From the NCBI GenBank assembly GCA_051748045.1, contig JBNJGY010000041.1, positions 1 through 20,442 of the forward strand: a stretch of 20,442 nucleotides of DNA, read 5' to 3'. A program made the translations under genes and the position numbers. The notes below the pieces were generated by a model. That model was not told the DNA's origin, made no database searches, and saw nothing but the letters and a program-made list of their open reading frames with translations. Numbering within the stretch: the stretch's first letter is position 1; every line of letters begins with the position of its first letter. Source of the stretch: Thermotogota bacterium. Its GTDB lineage: Bacteria; Thermotogota; Thermotogae; Petrotogales; Petrotogaceae. Shown one piece after another: positions 1 to 7,376 of this stretch.

Positions 1-71
1 TTTTCTATAACAATATTATCACAAAATGACTTTAAAAATTATTTCAGTTTGATTTATATAAATAATTATTA

Positions 72-80
72 TGTTATAAT
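72..80 (+). promoter_or_regulatory. Extended -10 promoter element (TGTTATAAT) upstream of the first operon
   Basis: TGnTATAAT about 30 nt upstream of the RBS AAGGAGG (101-107) and ATG. No well-spaced -35 is seen. Confidence 0.55.
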
Positions 81-111
81 TTAATGTATATTGATTTTAT
101 AAGGAGGGAGA

Positions 112-567
112 ATGATGGGATATTTAAAAATAAATGTTGATGAAGAATTTGTTAACAACTTAATTGACAGAGTTGTTGAAGCAAACACTAATGTTCAGGG
201 TTTAAAAAATTTAAACGTAGAATTAAAAGAAGATGGCATTCATTTTCAAGTAGATGTGAATGTGTTAAAAAAAGAAGCAAAATTTGACACATTGATCAAA
301 ATGACACAAAAACCCGAAACCCTTTCAAAGGGTATTATGGATTTCACTATAACAGGTGATGAAGGGGTAAGAAAAATTTTGGAAGGTGTATTTAAAATAC
401 TTTCAAAATTCACAGAAGTTTTTGATTCAGCAGATAACAAATTAACTATAGATTTAAACAAAATTGATATAAATCCTTTGATAAACGATACCTTGAGTTC
501 TCTAGCTGTTAAAGAACTTACTGTCCAAGACAAAGAATTTAAACTTGAAATGAATTATAGAGATTAA
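112..567 (+). CDS. Hypothetical protein, alpha/beta pattern reminiscent of YpmS/LmeA (TULIP-like) folds
   Basis: 151-aa ORF with strong RBS AAGGAGG (start may be 115). First gene of a tightly packed run. Fold guess rests on the hydrophobic pattern only. Confidence 0.8.
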   Translation: MMGYLKINVDEEFVNNLIDRVVEANTNVQGLKNLNVELKEDGIHFQVDVNVLKKEAKFDTLIKMTQKPETLSKGIMDFTITGDEGVRKILEGVFKILSKFTEVFDSADNKLTIDLNKIDINPLINDTLSSLAVKELTVQDKEFKLEMNYRD

Positions 568-568
568 A

Positions 569-943
569 ATGTATATAGAATTTGACACACATTTAATTAA
601 AGACTTATCTCATAAAATCATCGATAAATCTAACGGCCAATTGTTAGGCTTTTTGATGGGAAATACAGTTACCTTTATTGCTGAAGATAATGATTTTATA
701 ATAAAAGTACTATTCCTTAAATACAGAGTTACTATAATAAAAATTCCTGATGCTCTTTCAGGAGAATTTGTTTTTAAACACAATTTACCTTTAGATAAAA
801 TGGATAAAACTCAAATTCCATCGTTTATTAAAATAGAAAAAAATAATATTAGAATTAAAATACCTTCTAATATTATTACAGATAATTTAAAAATAGCAGA
901 TTTCAGAATGAATGATGATAAAATATATATAGAACTCAATTAA
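569..943 (+). CDS. Hypothetical protein, probable distant paralog of 112..567
   Basis: 124-aa ORF starting 1 nt after the upstream stop. Shares a motif (PDALS-GEFVF vs PETLSKGIMDF) and a similar C-terminus. Confidence 0.75.
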   Translation: MYIEFDTHLIKDLSHKIIDKSNGQLLGFLMGNTVTFIAEDNDFIIKVLFLKYRVTIIKIPDALSGEFVFKHNLPLDKMDKTQIPSFIKIEKNNIRIKIPSNIITDNLKIADFRMNDDKIYIELN

Positions 944-957
944 ATGGAGGAATTAAA

Positions 958-1254
958 ATGATAAAAATAAATGATGAACTAATACAAAAACTTAAAAAAT
1001 TATCTAATATTGAACTAACTTCTGAAGAAGAAATCGTAATAAAAGAAGACTTGAACAAACTATTAGAATACATGTCAGAATTGGATAATATAAATGTTGA
1101 AGGGGTTTCTGAACTAACCAATCCTATAAATGAGGAAATAAAAGCACCTTTACATAAAGACGAACCAAAAGAGTTCGAAAACAGAAATAAGATTATTGAA
1201 AATTTCCCTGAAAAAAAGGATAATTATCTTAGAGTTCCAGGAATACATGGATAA
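958..1254 (+). CDS. gatC: Asp-tRNA(Asn)/Glu-tRNA(Gln) amidotransferase subunit C
   Basis: 98 aa with typical GatC pattern: KLKKLSNIELTSEE, LNKLLEYMSELDNINVEGV, IIENFPEKKDNYLRVP. RBS GGAGG. Confidence 0.92.
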   Translation: MIKINDELIQKLKKLSNIELTSEEEIVIKEDLNKLLEYMSELDNINVEGVSELTNPINEEIKAPLHKDEPKEFENRNKIIENFPEKKDNYLRVPGIHG

Positions 1255-1589
1255 TGAATAAGAAAGGTATTGTTTATGAAGATACTGCAGTCAAATATTT
1301 ATCAAGAAATGGATATAAAATCTTAGAACGAAACTTCAAAACAAAATTCGGAGAAATTGATATTGTTGCTTTGGATAAAGAATTTTTAGTATTTATTGAA
1401 GTAAAAGGTGGAAGCGATGATCTCTACGATCCAGCAGAAAGAGCTGATGTAAATAAATTAAAGAAAATAATGAGAACTGCAGAATTTTATATAAACAGAT
1501 TCAAAGGAAATTTTGAGGAAGTAAGAATAGATGTAATATCTGTCAACAAAAAATTAGAAGTAAAACATTATCCCTCACAAAGAATATGA
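1254..1589 (+). CDS. yraN: YraN (UPF0102) family putative endonuclease
   Basis: G..YED.A..YL...GYKILERNFKTKFGEIDIVA, LVFIEVK, RIDVI. Coupled to gatC by a TAATG overlap. Confidence 0.92.
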   Translation: MNKKGIVYEDTAVKYLSRNGYKILERNFKTKFGEIDIVALDKEFLVFIEVKGGSDDLYDPAERADVNKLKKIMRTAEFYINRFKGNFEEVRIDVISVNKKLEVKHYPSQRI

Positions 1590-1652
1590 TTTCTTTGTGA
1601 GTTTTTATTATAGCGGATATATTTTATCGTTTTTATGTTAAAATAAAAATAA

Positions 1653-1669
1653 AGCAGTTAAAAACTGCT
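1653..1669 (-). terminator. Intrinsic terminator downstream of tRNA-Arg (possibly bidirectional with yraN)
   Basis: AGCAGTT-AAA-AACTGCT hairpin with T-rich runs on both strands. Confidence 0.65.
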
Positions 1670-1676
1670 CTATTTT

Positions 1677-1751
1677 TGGTGTCTCCACGAGGAGTCGAAC
1701 CTCGATCTGAGGATTAGGAATCCTCCGTTCTATCCGTTGAACTATGAAGAC
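1677..1751 (-). tRNA. tRNA-Arg (anticodon CCT)
   Basis: Reverse complement GTCTTCATAGTTCAACGGATAGAACGGAGGATTCCTAATCCTCAGATCGAGGTTCGACTCCTCGTGGAGACACCA. Acceptor stem GTCTTCA/TGGAGAC, anticodon arm GAGGA-TTCCTAA-TCCTC, T-loop GGTTCGACTCC, encoded CCA. Confidence 0.97.
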
Positions 1752-1766
1752 TTATATGTCAGAAGA

Positions 1767-1795
1767 ATTATATCAAAAATGCTATATACTGTCAA
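1767..1795 (-). promoter_or_regulatory. Consensus sigma70/sigmaA promoter of tRNA-Arg
   Basis: Minus strand TTGACA-17 nt-TATAAT with extended TG (TGaTATAAT), 15 nt upstream of the tRNA 5' end. Confidence 0.88.
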
Positions 1796-1817
1796 TAAAT
1801 AACTAGGGGGTTAAACT

Positions 1818-2579
1818 ATGAATATATTAGAGCCTAAAGTTTTATTCGAAAATGAAAATCATAAGTTTATTTTATTGGGAATAGAAGATTCTCAAAAAGA
1901 AGGAATCACTACAAATCAATATTTAATTGTACATAACGAAGAAGGAGTTTTGCTTGATCCAGGTGGAGTACATGTTTTCCCAATGGTTTTATCTAACGTT
2001 GTAGAATTTATTTCTCCGCAAAAAATAAAAGCAATATTTTACTCACATCAAGATCCTGATGTTTCTTCCAGTATATCTTTATGGGCTAATTCAACCAACG
2101 CTAAATTCTATGTTTCTGGATTATGGGAAAGATTTTTACCTCATTTTGGTGTTTTTGATAGCAGTAAACTAGTACCTGTAAAAGATCATGGAGGTAAAAT
2201 AACTTTTTCTGATGGATACAGCTTAGATATTTTGCCTACTCATTTTCTACATTCAATCGGTAATTTCACTGTTTATGATTCTATATCAAAAATTTTGTTC
2301 AGTGGAGATATTGGTGCAGCTGCTATAGAAAATGAAGGAAATATATATGTTGAAAACTTCCAATCACATATAAAAAATATAAAAGGATTTCATGAAAGAT
2401 ATATGACTTCTTCTAAGGCATGCAAAGTGTGGGGTAATATGATAAAAAAATATGATGTTGATCTAATGGTACCTCAACATGGTCTTTTATATAAAAAAGA
2501 TGAGTACACACAATTTTTAAATTGGTTTGAAAATTTAAAATGTGGAATAGATATCATAGAAAAAATATATGGGGTGTAA
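1818..2579 (+). CDS. Oxygen-binding di-iron protein (ODP), metallo-beta-lactamase fold
   Basis: NQYLI, LLDPGG, SHQDPD, HFLHS.GNF..YD, LFSGDIGAA, PQHG motifs. No flavodoxin domain. Lies directly upstream of a soluble MCP. Confidence 0.88.
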   Translation: MNILEPKVLFENENHKFILLGIEDSQKEGITTNQYLIVHNEEGVLLDPGGVHVFPMVLSNVVEFISPQKIKAIFYSHQDPDVSSSISLWANSTNAKFYVSGLWERFLPHFGVFDSSKLVPVKDHGGKITFSDGYSLDILPTHFLHSIGNFTVYDSISKILFSGDIGAAAIENEGNIYVENFQSHIKNIKGFHERYMTSSKACKVWGNMIKKYDVDLMVPQHGLLYKKDEYTQFLNWFENLKCGIDIIEKIYGV

Positions 2580-2582
2580 GTT

Positions 2583-3425
2583 ATGGGAGATAAAGAAAAA
2601 AATATCATAAAAAAATTATCCAATAGTTTATACCATGAAAACATACTTACTTCTTTTATAGTTAACCTTGATACTATAATTGGTTCTAGATTCAAAAAAG
2701 CTAATAATAATGTTCAAGAAATTGGACATAGTATAATAAACTCTGTCACTGAATTGAACAAAGCATCAAACAGTATTAATAATTTTGTGAAAGACGGTAA
2801 AAAAGAAATAAAAGATATAAATGCAAAAAACACAAAAATGATAAAAGAAATAAACCACCTTGGAGATTCTTTAACTGATATTCAGAATCAAGTTGATAAC
2901 TCCATTAATTCTATTACCAATATGGTAGATAAATTCAAAGAAGTAAACGATCTAACAGATAATATAAAAAGAATTTCAAAACAAACTAATATTTTATCTA
3001 TAAATGCTTCCATTGAAGCAAGTAGGGCAGGGGAAGCGGGCCAAGGCTTTGCTGTTGTAGCTAATGAAGTTAAAAAACTTGCTACAGAAACCAAAGAAAC
3101 ATCTAATAAAATTTCAGATAAAGTCGGACAATTAAGCAAAGAAATTAATTTAGTTTTAGATAAAATTAATTATCTCTCTGACACTTTCAGTGTTTTTACA
3201 AATATTACAGAAAAATCAATGGAAAGAACTCAAGACAATTTAAAATTATTTAAAAGACTAATTAGCGAGATGGATGAAAATAATGAAACTCTCATTTCTA
3301 ATAAAGAGAACCTTAATATCACAGTTGAAGACCTTAAAACTCTCTTAAGAGACATAGAAAATATAGATGAAATAGTCTCTATAATAATAAATATGCAAAA
3401 AAATATAAAAAATATCAATTTGTAG
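2583..3425 (+). CDS. Soluble (cytoplasmic) methyl-accepting chemotaxis protein
   Basis: MCP hairpin [37 protein letters not shown]. No transmembrane segment or obvious sensor domain. 280 aa. Confidence 0.92.
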   Translation: MGDKEKNIIKKLSNSLYHENILTSFIVNLDTIIGSRFKKANNNVQEIGHSIINSVTELNKASNSINNFVKDGKKEIKDINAKNTKMIKEINHLGDSLTDIQNQVDNSINSITNMVDKFKEVNDLTDNIKRISKQTNILSINASIEASRAGEAGQGFAVVANEVKKLATETKETSNKISDKVGQLSKEINLVLDKINYLSDTFSVFTNITEKSMERTQDNLKLFKRLISEMDENNETLISNKENLNITVEDLKTLLRDIENIDEIVSIIINMQKNIKNINL

Positions 3426-3434
3426 GTGTTAAAA

Positions 3435-4658
3435 ATGGAGATATATGAAGTTGCAGTTATAGGTGCTGGAGCAGCAGGAACTATCGCTGCGATAGAAGCA
3501 GCCAAAAAAAATAAAACTATTTTAATAGATAGAAATCATAAAATCGGTAAGAAAATCTACGCCACAGGTAATGGTAAATGTAATTATACCAATAATAAAA
3601 TAACCTTGAATAATTACCATGGTTCTAACATCAAATTTGCGGAAGGTATCATAAATAGTTTTGATAATATAAAAACTATTGAATATTTTAAAAATGCAGG
3701 AATTTTATCAAAAGATATTGAAGACAGAGTTTATCCAATAACAGAAGAATCTGCGTCAGTTGTTGAAACTTTGGAATTTTTATTAAATGAGAATAATGTT
3801 GATCTTTTGCTTGGGTATAAAATCTATAATATTGAGGTTAAAGATAATATTTTCATTATTAGTTCAAACCATAAAAAAATAAAATCAAAAAAACTAATAA
3901 TATCCACAGGGGGTAAATCTTCTCCTAACCATGGTTCTGATGGAAGTATGTTCGAAATAGTAGAAAAACTTGGTCATACAAAGACAACTTTAAAACCTGC
4001 TTTAGTTCAGATTGAAACTAACAATAAATTTGCAAAAGAAGTAAAAGGAGTCAGGATAAAAGGGAAGGTGACTTTAAAACATAGAAATAAATCTATTGTT
4101 TCTGATACTGGAGAAATAATGTTTACTGATTATGGTCTTTCTGGAATTCCTGTTATGCAAATAAGTCATTATGCTCATGAATTTTTAGATAAATCAGAAA
4201 AAGTATTTTCATCAATAGACTTTTTCCCAAAAATAAAAAAAATTAATTTAGAAAAAATTCTTTTTAATAGAAAAAAAGAGTTAAAAAATAGAAAAATAAA
4301 AGACTTTTTAAAGGGTATGATACATTCAAAGTTAATCAATATGATTCTTATAAAATCAGGAATTAAAAATCATAATTCTTTGTCTTCTAAACTCACAGAT
4401 AAAGACATCCAATCATTATCCAAAAATTTAAAAGATCTATCATTTTTTATAACTAAAACAAAATCCTGGAAAAATTCACAGGTAACTTTTGGAGGCATTA
4501 AAACTGAAGAAATACATGAAAAAACTATGGAATCCAAAATCATAAAAAATCTTTTTTTTGCTGGAGAAATAATAGATATATCTGGTGATTGTGGTGGATA
4601 CAACCTCCAATGGGCTTGGAGTTCTGGATATATTGCTGGTAGAAGTACTTGGAAATAA
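3435..4658 (+). CDS. HI0933/BaiN-like NAD(P)/FAD-dependent oxidoreductase
   Basis: IGAGAAG, ATGNGKCNYTN, STGGKS.P..GSDG, GEIMFT.YGLSG, GGYNLQWAWSSG. Start moved to ATG 3435 behind RBS AGGTG. Confidence 0.92.
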   Translation: MEIYEVAVIGAGAAGTIAAIEAAKKNKTILIDRNHKIGKKIYATGNGKCNYTNNKITLNNYHGSNIKFAEGIINSFDNIKTIEYFKNAGILSKDIEDRVYPITEESASVVETLEFLLNENNVDLLLGYKIYNIEVKDNIFIISSNHKKIKSKKLIISTGGKSSPNHGSDGSMFEIVEKLGHTKTTLKPALVQIETNNKFAKEVKGVRIKGKVTLKHRNKSIVSDTGEIMFTDYGLSGIPVMQISHYAHEFLDKSEKVFSSIDFFPKIKKINLEKILFNRKKELKNRKIKDFLKGMIHSKLINMILIKSGIKNHNSLSSKLTDKDIQSLSKNLKDLSFFITKTKSWKNSQVTFGGIKTEEIHEKTMESKIIKNLFFAGEIIDISGDCGGYNLQWAWSSGYIAGRSTWK

Positions 4659-4674
4659 AAAGAGCTTGCTCTTT
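4659..4674 (+). terminator. Short hairpin immediately after the stop codon (weak terminator or edge of the repeat element)
   Basis: AAAGAG-CTTG-CTCTTT followed by a short AT-rich tail. Confidence 0.35.
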
Positions 4675-4681
4675 AATATTC

Positions 4682-4747
4682 TAAAAACAATTCCGAAATA
4701 TAAATATTCAAAGTAGGTCATATATTAGAAATTGTGAAACAATTTCT
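4682..4747 (+). repeat. 66-bp dispersed repeat, copy 1, ending in hairpin AGAAATTGT-GAA-ACAATTTCT
   Basis: Ungapped alignment with 14819..14884 gives 56/66 identity by manual count. First 23 nt are identical. Confidence 0.9.
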
Positions 4748-4858
4748 ATCCTTTCGATCTTGTGAAGAGCAATATTTATTATTTTAAATTACTTATTAAT
4801 TTTCGTAGGAAATTGAATTGTTTTAAAAGTTTAATTTCACTTTGTGAAATTTACTGAT

Positions 4859-4895
4859 GAGTTTTCTCCATGCGCTGCGCTTAGTCGAAATGACA
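4859..4895 (-). repeat. Solo TGTCA-tagged REP-like palindromic arm
   Basis: Reverse complement TGTCATTTCGACTAAGCGCAGCGCATGGAGAAAACTC. GC-rich patch in AT-rich DNA with the same TGTCA-stem architecture as the arms at 15116-15218. Confidence 0.7.
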
Positions 4896-4924
4896 GTTAT
4901 GGCTATTTTTAACAATGATTTCTC

Positions 4925-4973
4925 TTCAATCCTTCAACAATAAACTAACAACAGAAATTGTAAAATGATTTTT
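4925..4973 (+). repeat. Degenerate heptamer array capped by a hairpin
   Basis: TTCAATC CTTCAAC AATAAAC TAACAAC followed by AGAAATTGT-AAA-ATGATTTTT. Similar to 14952-15006 (direct) and 14864-14912 (inverted). Confidence 0.6.
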
Positions 4974-4991
4974 TTTAAAAAGGAGTTTGAA

Positions 4992-6587
4992 ATGATCAGA
5001 ATAAACAATATAAAATTACCATATAATCATAAAGAAGAAGATTTGATTAATACATTAAAAAAAGATTTTAAAATTAAAAAAGAGGACATTATCTCTTATG
5101 AAATAAACAAAAAATCTATAGATGCAAGACAAAAACAAAAAATGATTTATTTTGTATATTCAATAGATTTAAAACTTAAAAATGAAGATAAATATCTTAA
5201 AATTAAACATGCTCAAAAAATTAAAGAAAAAGGCTATGAACCTCCAACTAAAGGAGATAAAGTTTTAGCCTCAAATCCAGTTATTGTAGGTTCAGGTCCA
5301 GCAGGTTTGTTTGCTGGATTAATTTTAGCAGAAGAAGGATATAAGCCAATAATTATAGAACAAGGCGAACCTGTAAACAAAAGAGTTGAAGATATTAATC
5401 ATTTTTGGAATAATGGTGAACTAAAACCTCATTCCAACATCCAATTCGGTGAAGGCGGTGCAGGAACTTTCTCTGATGGTAAATTAACTACATTAATAAA
5501 AGATAAAGCTGGAAGAATCCAAAAAGTTTTTGATGAATTTGTAGAAAATGGTGCTCCTGAAGAAATTAAATATATAAAAAAGCCTCACATCGGCACAGAT
5601 ATTTTGAGAATAGTTGTATTTAATATTAGAAAAAAAATTGAATCTTTAGGAGGAAATTTTCTTTTTAACTCAAAACTTACTGATATAAATATTAAAAACA
5701 ATATAATATCTTCCATAAAAATAAACGAAAACGAAACTATTAGAACAGATATATTGATTCTTGCAACAGGACATAGCGCAAGAGAAACTTTTGAGCTTTT
5801 ATTAAAAAGAAATATTAACCTTGAACAAAAACCATTTTCTATGGGGGTTAGAATAGAGCATCCTCAAGAATTAATCAACAAAAATCAGTATGGTAATTTT
5901 TATAAAGACGAAATATTACCCCAAGCAGAATACAAACTCTCAGAAAAAAATGGATATAGAGGAATATACACTTTTTGTATGTGCCCTGGAGGCCAAGTGA
6001 TAGCTTCTGCGTCAGAATATAACACCATCGTGACTAATGGGATGAGTAAGTTTAAAAGAGACGCATACAACGCGAATAGTGCCATCCTTGTTAATGTTGA
6101 AACAAAAGATTTTAAAAGTTCACATCCTTTAGCTGGAATTCAAATGCAAAGATTTCTTGAAAAATCCGCTTTTAAAACCAATTATTTTGCACCAGTACAA
6201 AACACAAAAGATTTTTTAGAAAATAAATTAAGCAAAAGTTTTGTTATACAACCATCTTATGAACCTGGAGTTTTTTCTGATAAATTAGAGAATTATTTAC
6301 CAAAATTTATATCAGATAATCTGAAATATGGAATATTAAAATTTGAAAATAAGATAACTGGTTTTATTGACAAAGGAATTCTAACAGGTTTTGAAACAAG
6401 AAGTTCTTCGCCTGTAAGAATAATTAGGAATGAACTGTTTCAATCTACAAACACAGAAGGTTTGTATCCAGCTGGAGAAGGTGCTGGTTATGCTGGTGGA
6501 ATAACATCTTCAGCGGTAGATGGAATAAAGATAGCTGAGCAGATAATTAAAACTTATTCAAACTCAATTAAAGGAGGATGTTTATGA
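4992..6587 (+). CDS. FAD-dependent oxidoreductase/dehydrogenase (COG2509-like)
   Basis: VGSGPAG, QFGEGGAGTFSDGKL, PHIGTD, TFCMCPGG, ETRSSSPVRI, GEGAGYAGGITSSAVDG. Start at ATG 4992 behind RBS AGGAG (4981-4985). Confidence 0.92.
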   Translation: MIRINNIKLPYNHKEEDLINTLKKDFKIKKEDIISYEINKKSIDARQKQKMIYFVYSIDLKLKNEDKYLKIKHAQKIKEKGYEPPTKGDKVLASNPVIVGSGPAGLFAGLILAEEGYKPIIIEQGEPVNKRVEDINHFWNNGELKPHSNIQFGEGGAGTFSDGKLTTLIKDKAGRIQKVFDEFVENGAPEEIKYIKKPHIGTDILRIVVFNIRKKIESLGGNFLFNSKLTDINIKNNIISSIKINENETIRTDILILATGHSARETFELLLKRNINLEQKPFSMGVRIEHPQELINKNQYGNFYKDEILPQAEYKLSEKNGYRGIYTFCMCPGGQVIASASEYNTIVTNGMSKFKRDAYNANSAILVNVETKDFKSSHPLAGIQMQRFLEKSAFKTNYFAPVQNTKDFLENKLSKSFVIQPSYEPGVFSDKLENYLPKFISDNLKYGILKFENKITGFIDKGILTGFETRSSSPVRIIRNELFQSTNTEGLYPAGEGAGYAGGITSSAVDGIKIAEQIIKTYSNSIKGGCL

Positions 6588-7342
6588 AAATTATTTCTTG
6601 GAACGTTAATGGAATTAGGGCTATATACAGAAAAAACTTATTTGATTTTTTAGAAGAATATGATCCAGATATTTTAGCCATTCAAGAAACGAAAGCAAGA
6701 CCACAACAATTAACAAAGAAATTATTAAACTATGGAGATTATTATAAATATTTTTCATCTGCAGAAAAAAAGGGATACTCTGGTGTTACTACTTTTTCAA
6801 AACCAGAACCAAAAGGAGTAAAATTCGGTTTTGGCTATGAAAAATATGATTCTGAAGGAAGAATTGTTTTAACAGAATACGAAGATTTCTCTCTTTTCAA
6901 TATTTACTTTCCAAATGGAAAATCAAGACAAGAAAGATTGGATTATAAGATGGATTTTTATAATGATTTTTTAGAGTTTATGAATGATTATAAGAAAAAA
7001 CAACCAAATGTAATAGTTTGTGGTGATGTGAACACAGCTCACAAAGAAATTGACCTTGCAAGACCAAAAGCTAATGAAGATGTTTCTGGATTTTTACCAG
7101 AAGAAAGAGAATGGATAGATAAATTCTTAGAATCAGGTTTTTATGACTCATTCAGAATGTTTAACGAAGAACCTGAAAATTATACTTGGTGGGATTATAA
7201 AACTAAAGCAAGAGATAGAAACGTTGGATGGAGAATAGATTATTTTTTCATAAGTGAAGGACTAAAAGATAGAATTAAAAAAGCAGAAATTCTAGATGAA
7301 GTAATGGGTTCTGATCATTGCCCAATTATGATTGAAATATAA
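6584..7342 (+). CDS. xth: Exodeoxyribonuclease III / AP endonuclease
   Basis: ISWNVNGIRA, IQETK, GYSGV, EGR, YFPNG, GDVNTAH, YTWWDY, GWRIDY, SDHCP. RBS AGGAGG and ATGA overlap with the upstream stop. Confidence 0.96.
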   Translation: MKIISWNVNGIRAIYRKNLFDFLEEYDPDILAIQETKARPQQLTKKLLNYGDYYKYFSSAEKKGYSGVTTFSKPEPKGVKFGFGYEKYDSEGRIVLTEYEDFSLFNIYFPNGKSRQERLDYKMDFYNDFLEFMNDYKKKQPNVIVCGDVNTAHKEIDLARPKANEDVSGFLPEEREWIDKFLESGFYDSFRMFNEEPENYTWWDYKTKARDRNVGWRIDYFFISEGLKDRIKKAEILDEVMGSDHCPIMIEI

Positions 7343-7345
7343 ATT

Positions 7346-7376
7346 AAAACAGCATCCTTAAAAAGGATGCTGTTTT
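7346..7376. terminator. Bidirectional intrinsic terminator between convergent xth and the HAD gene
   Basis: AAAACAGCATCCTT-AAA-AAGGATGCTGTTTT perfect 14-bp inverted repeat. Confidence 0.88.

Noticed and set aside
4476-4721. 81-aa minus-strand ORF starting within the 66-bp repeat
   Set aside because: Mostly antisense to the HI0933-like gene, no RBS, and the start codon is absent in repeat copy 2.
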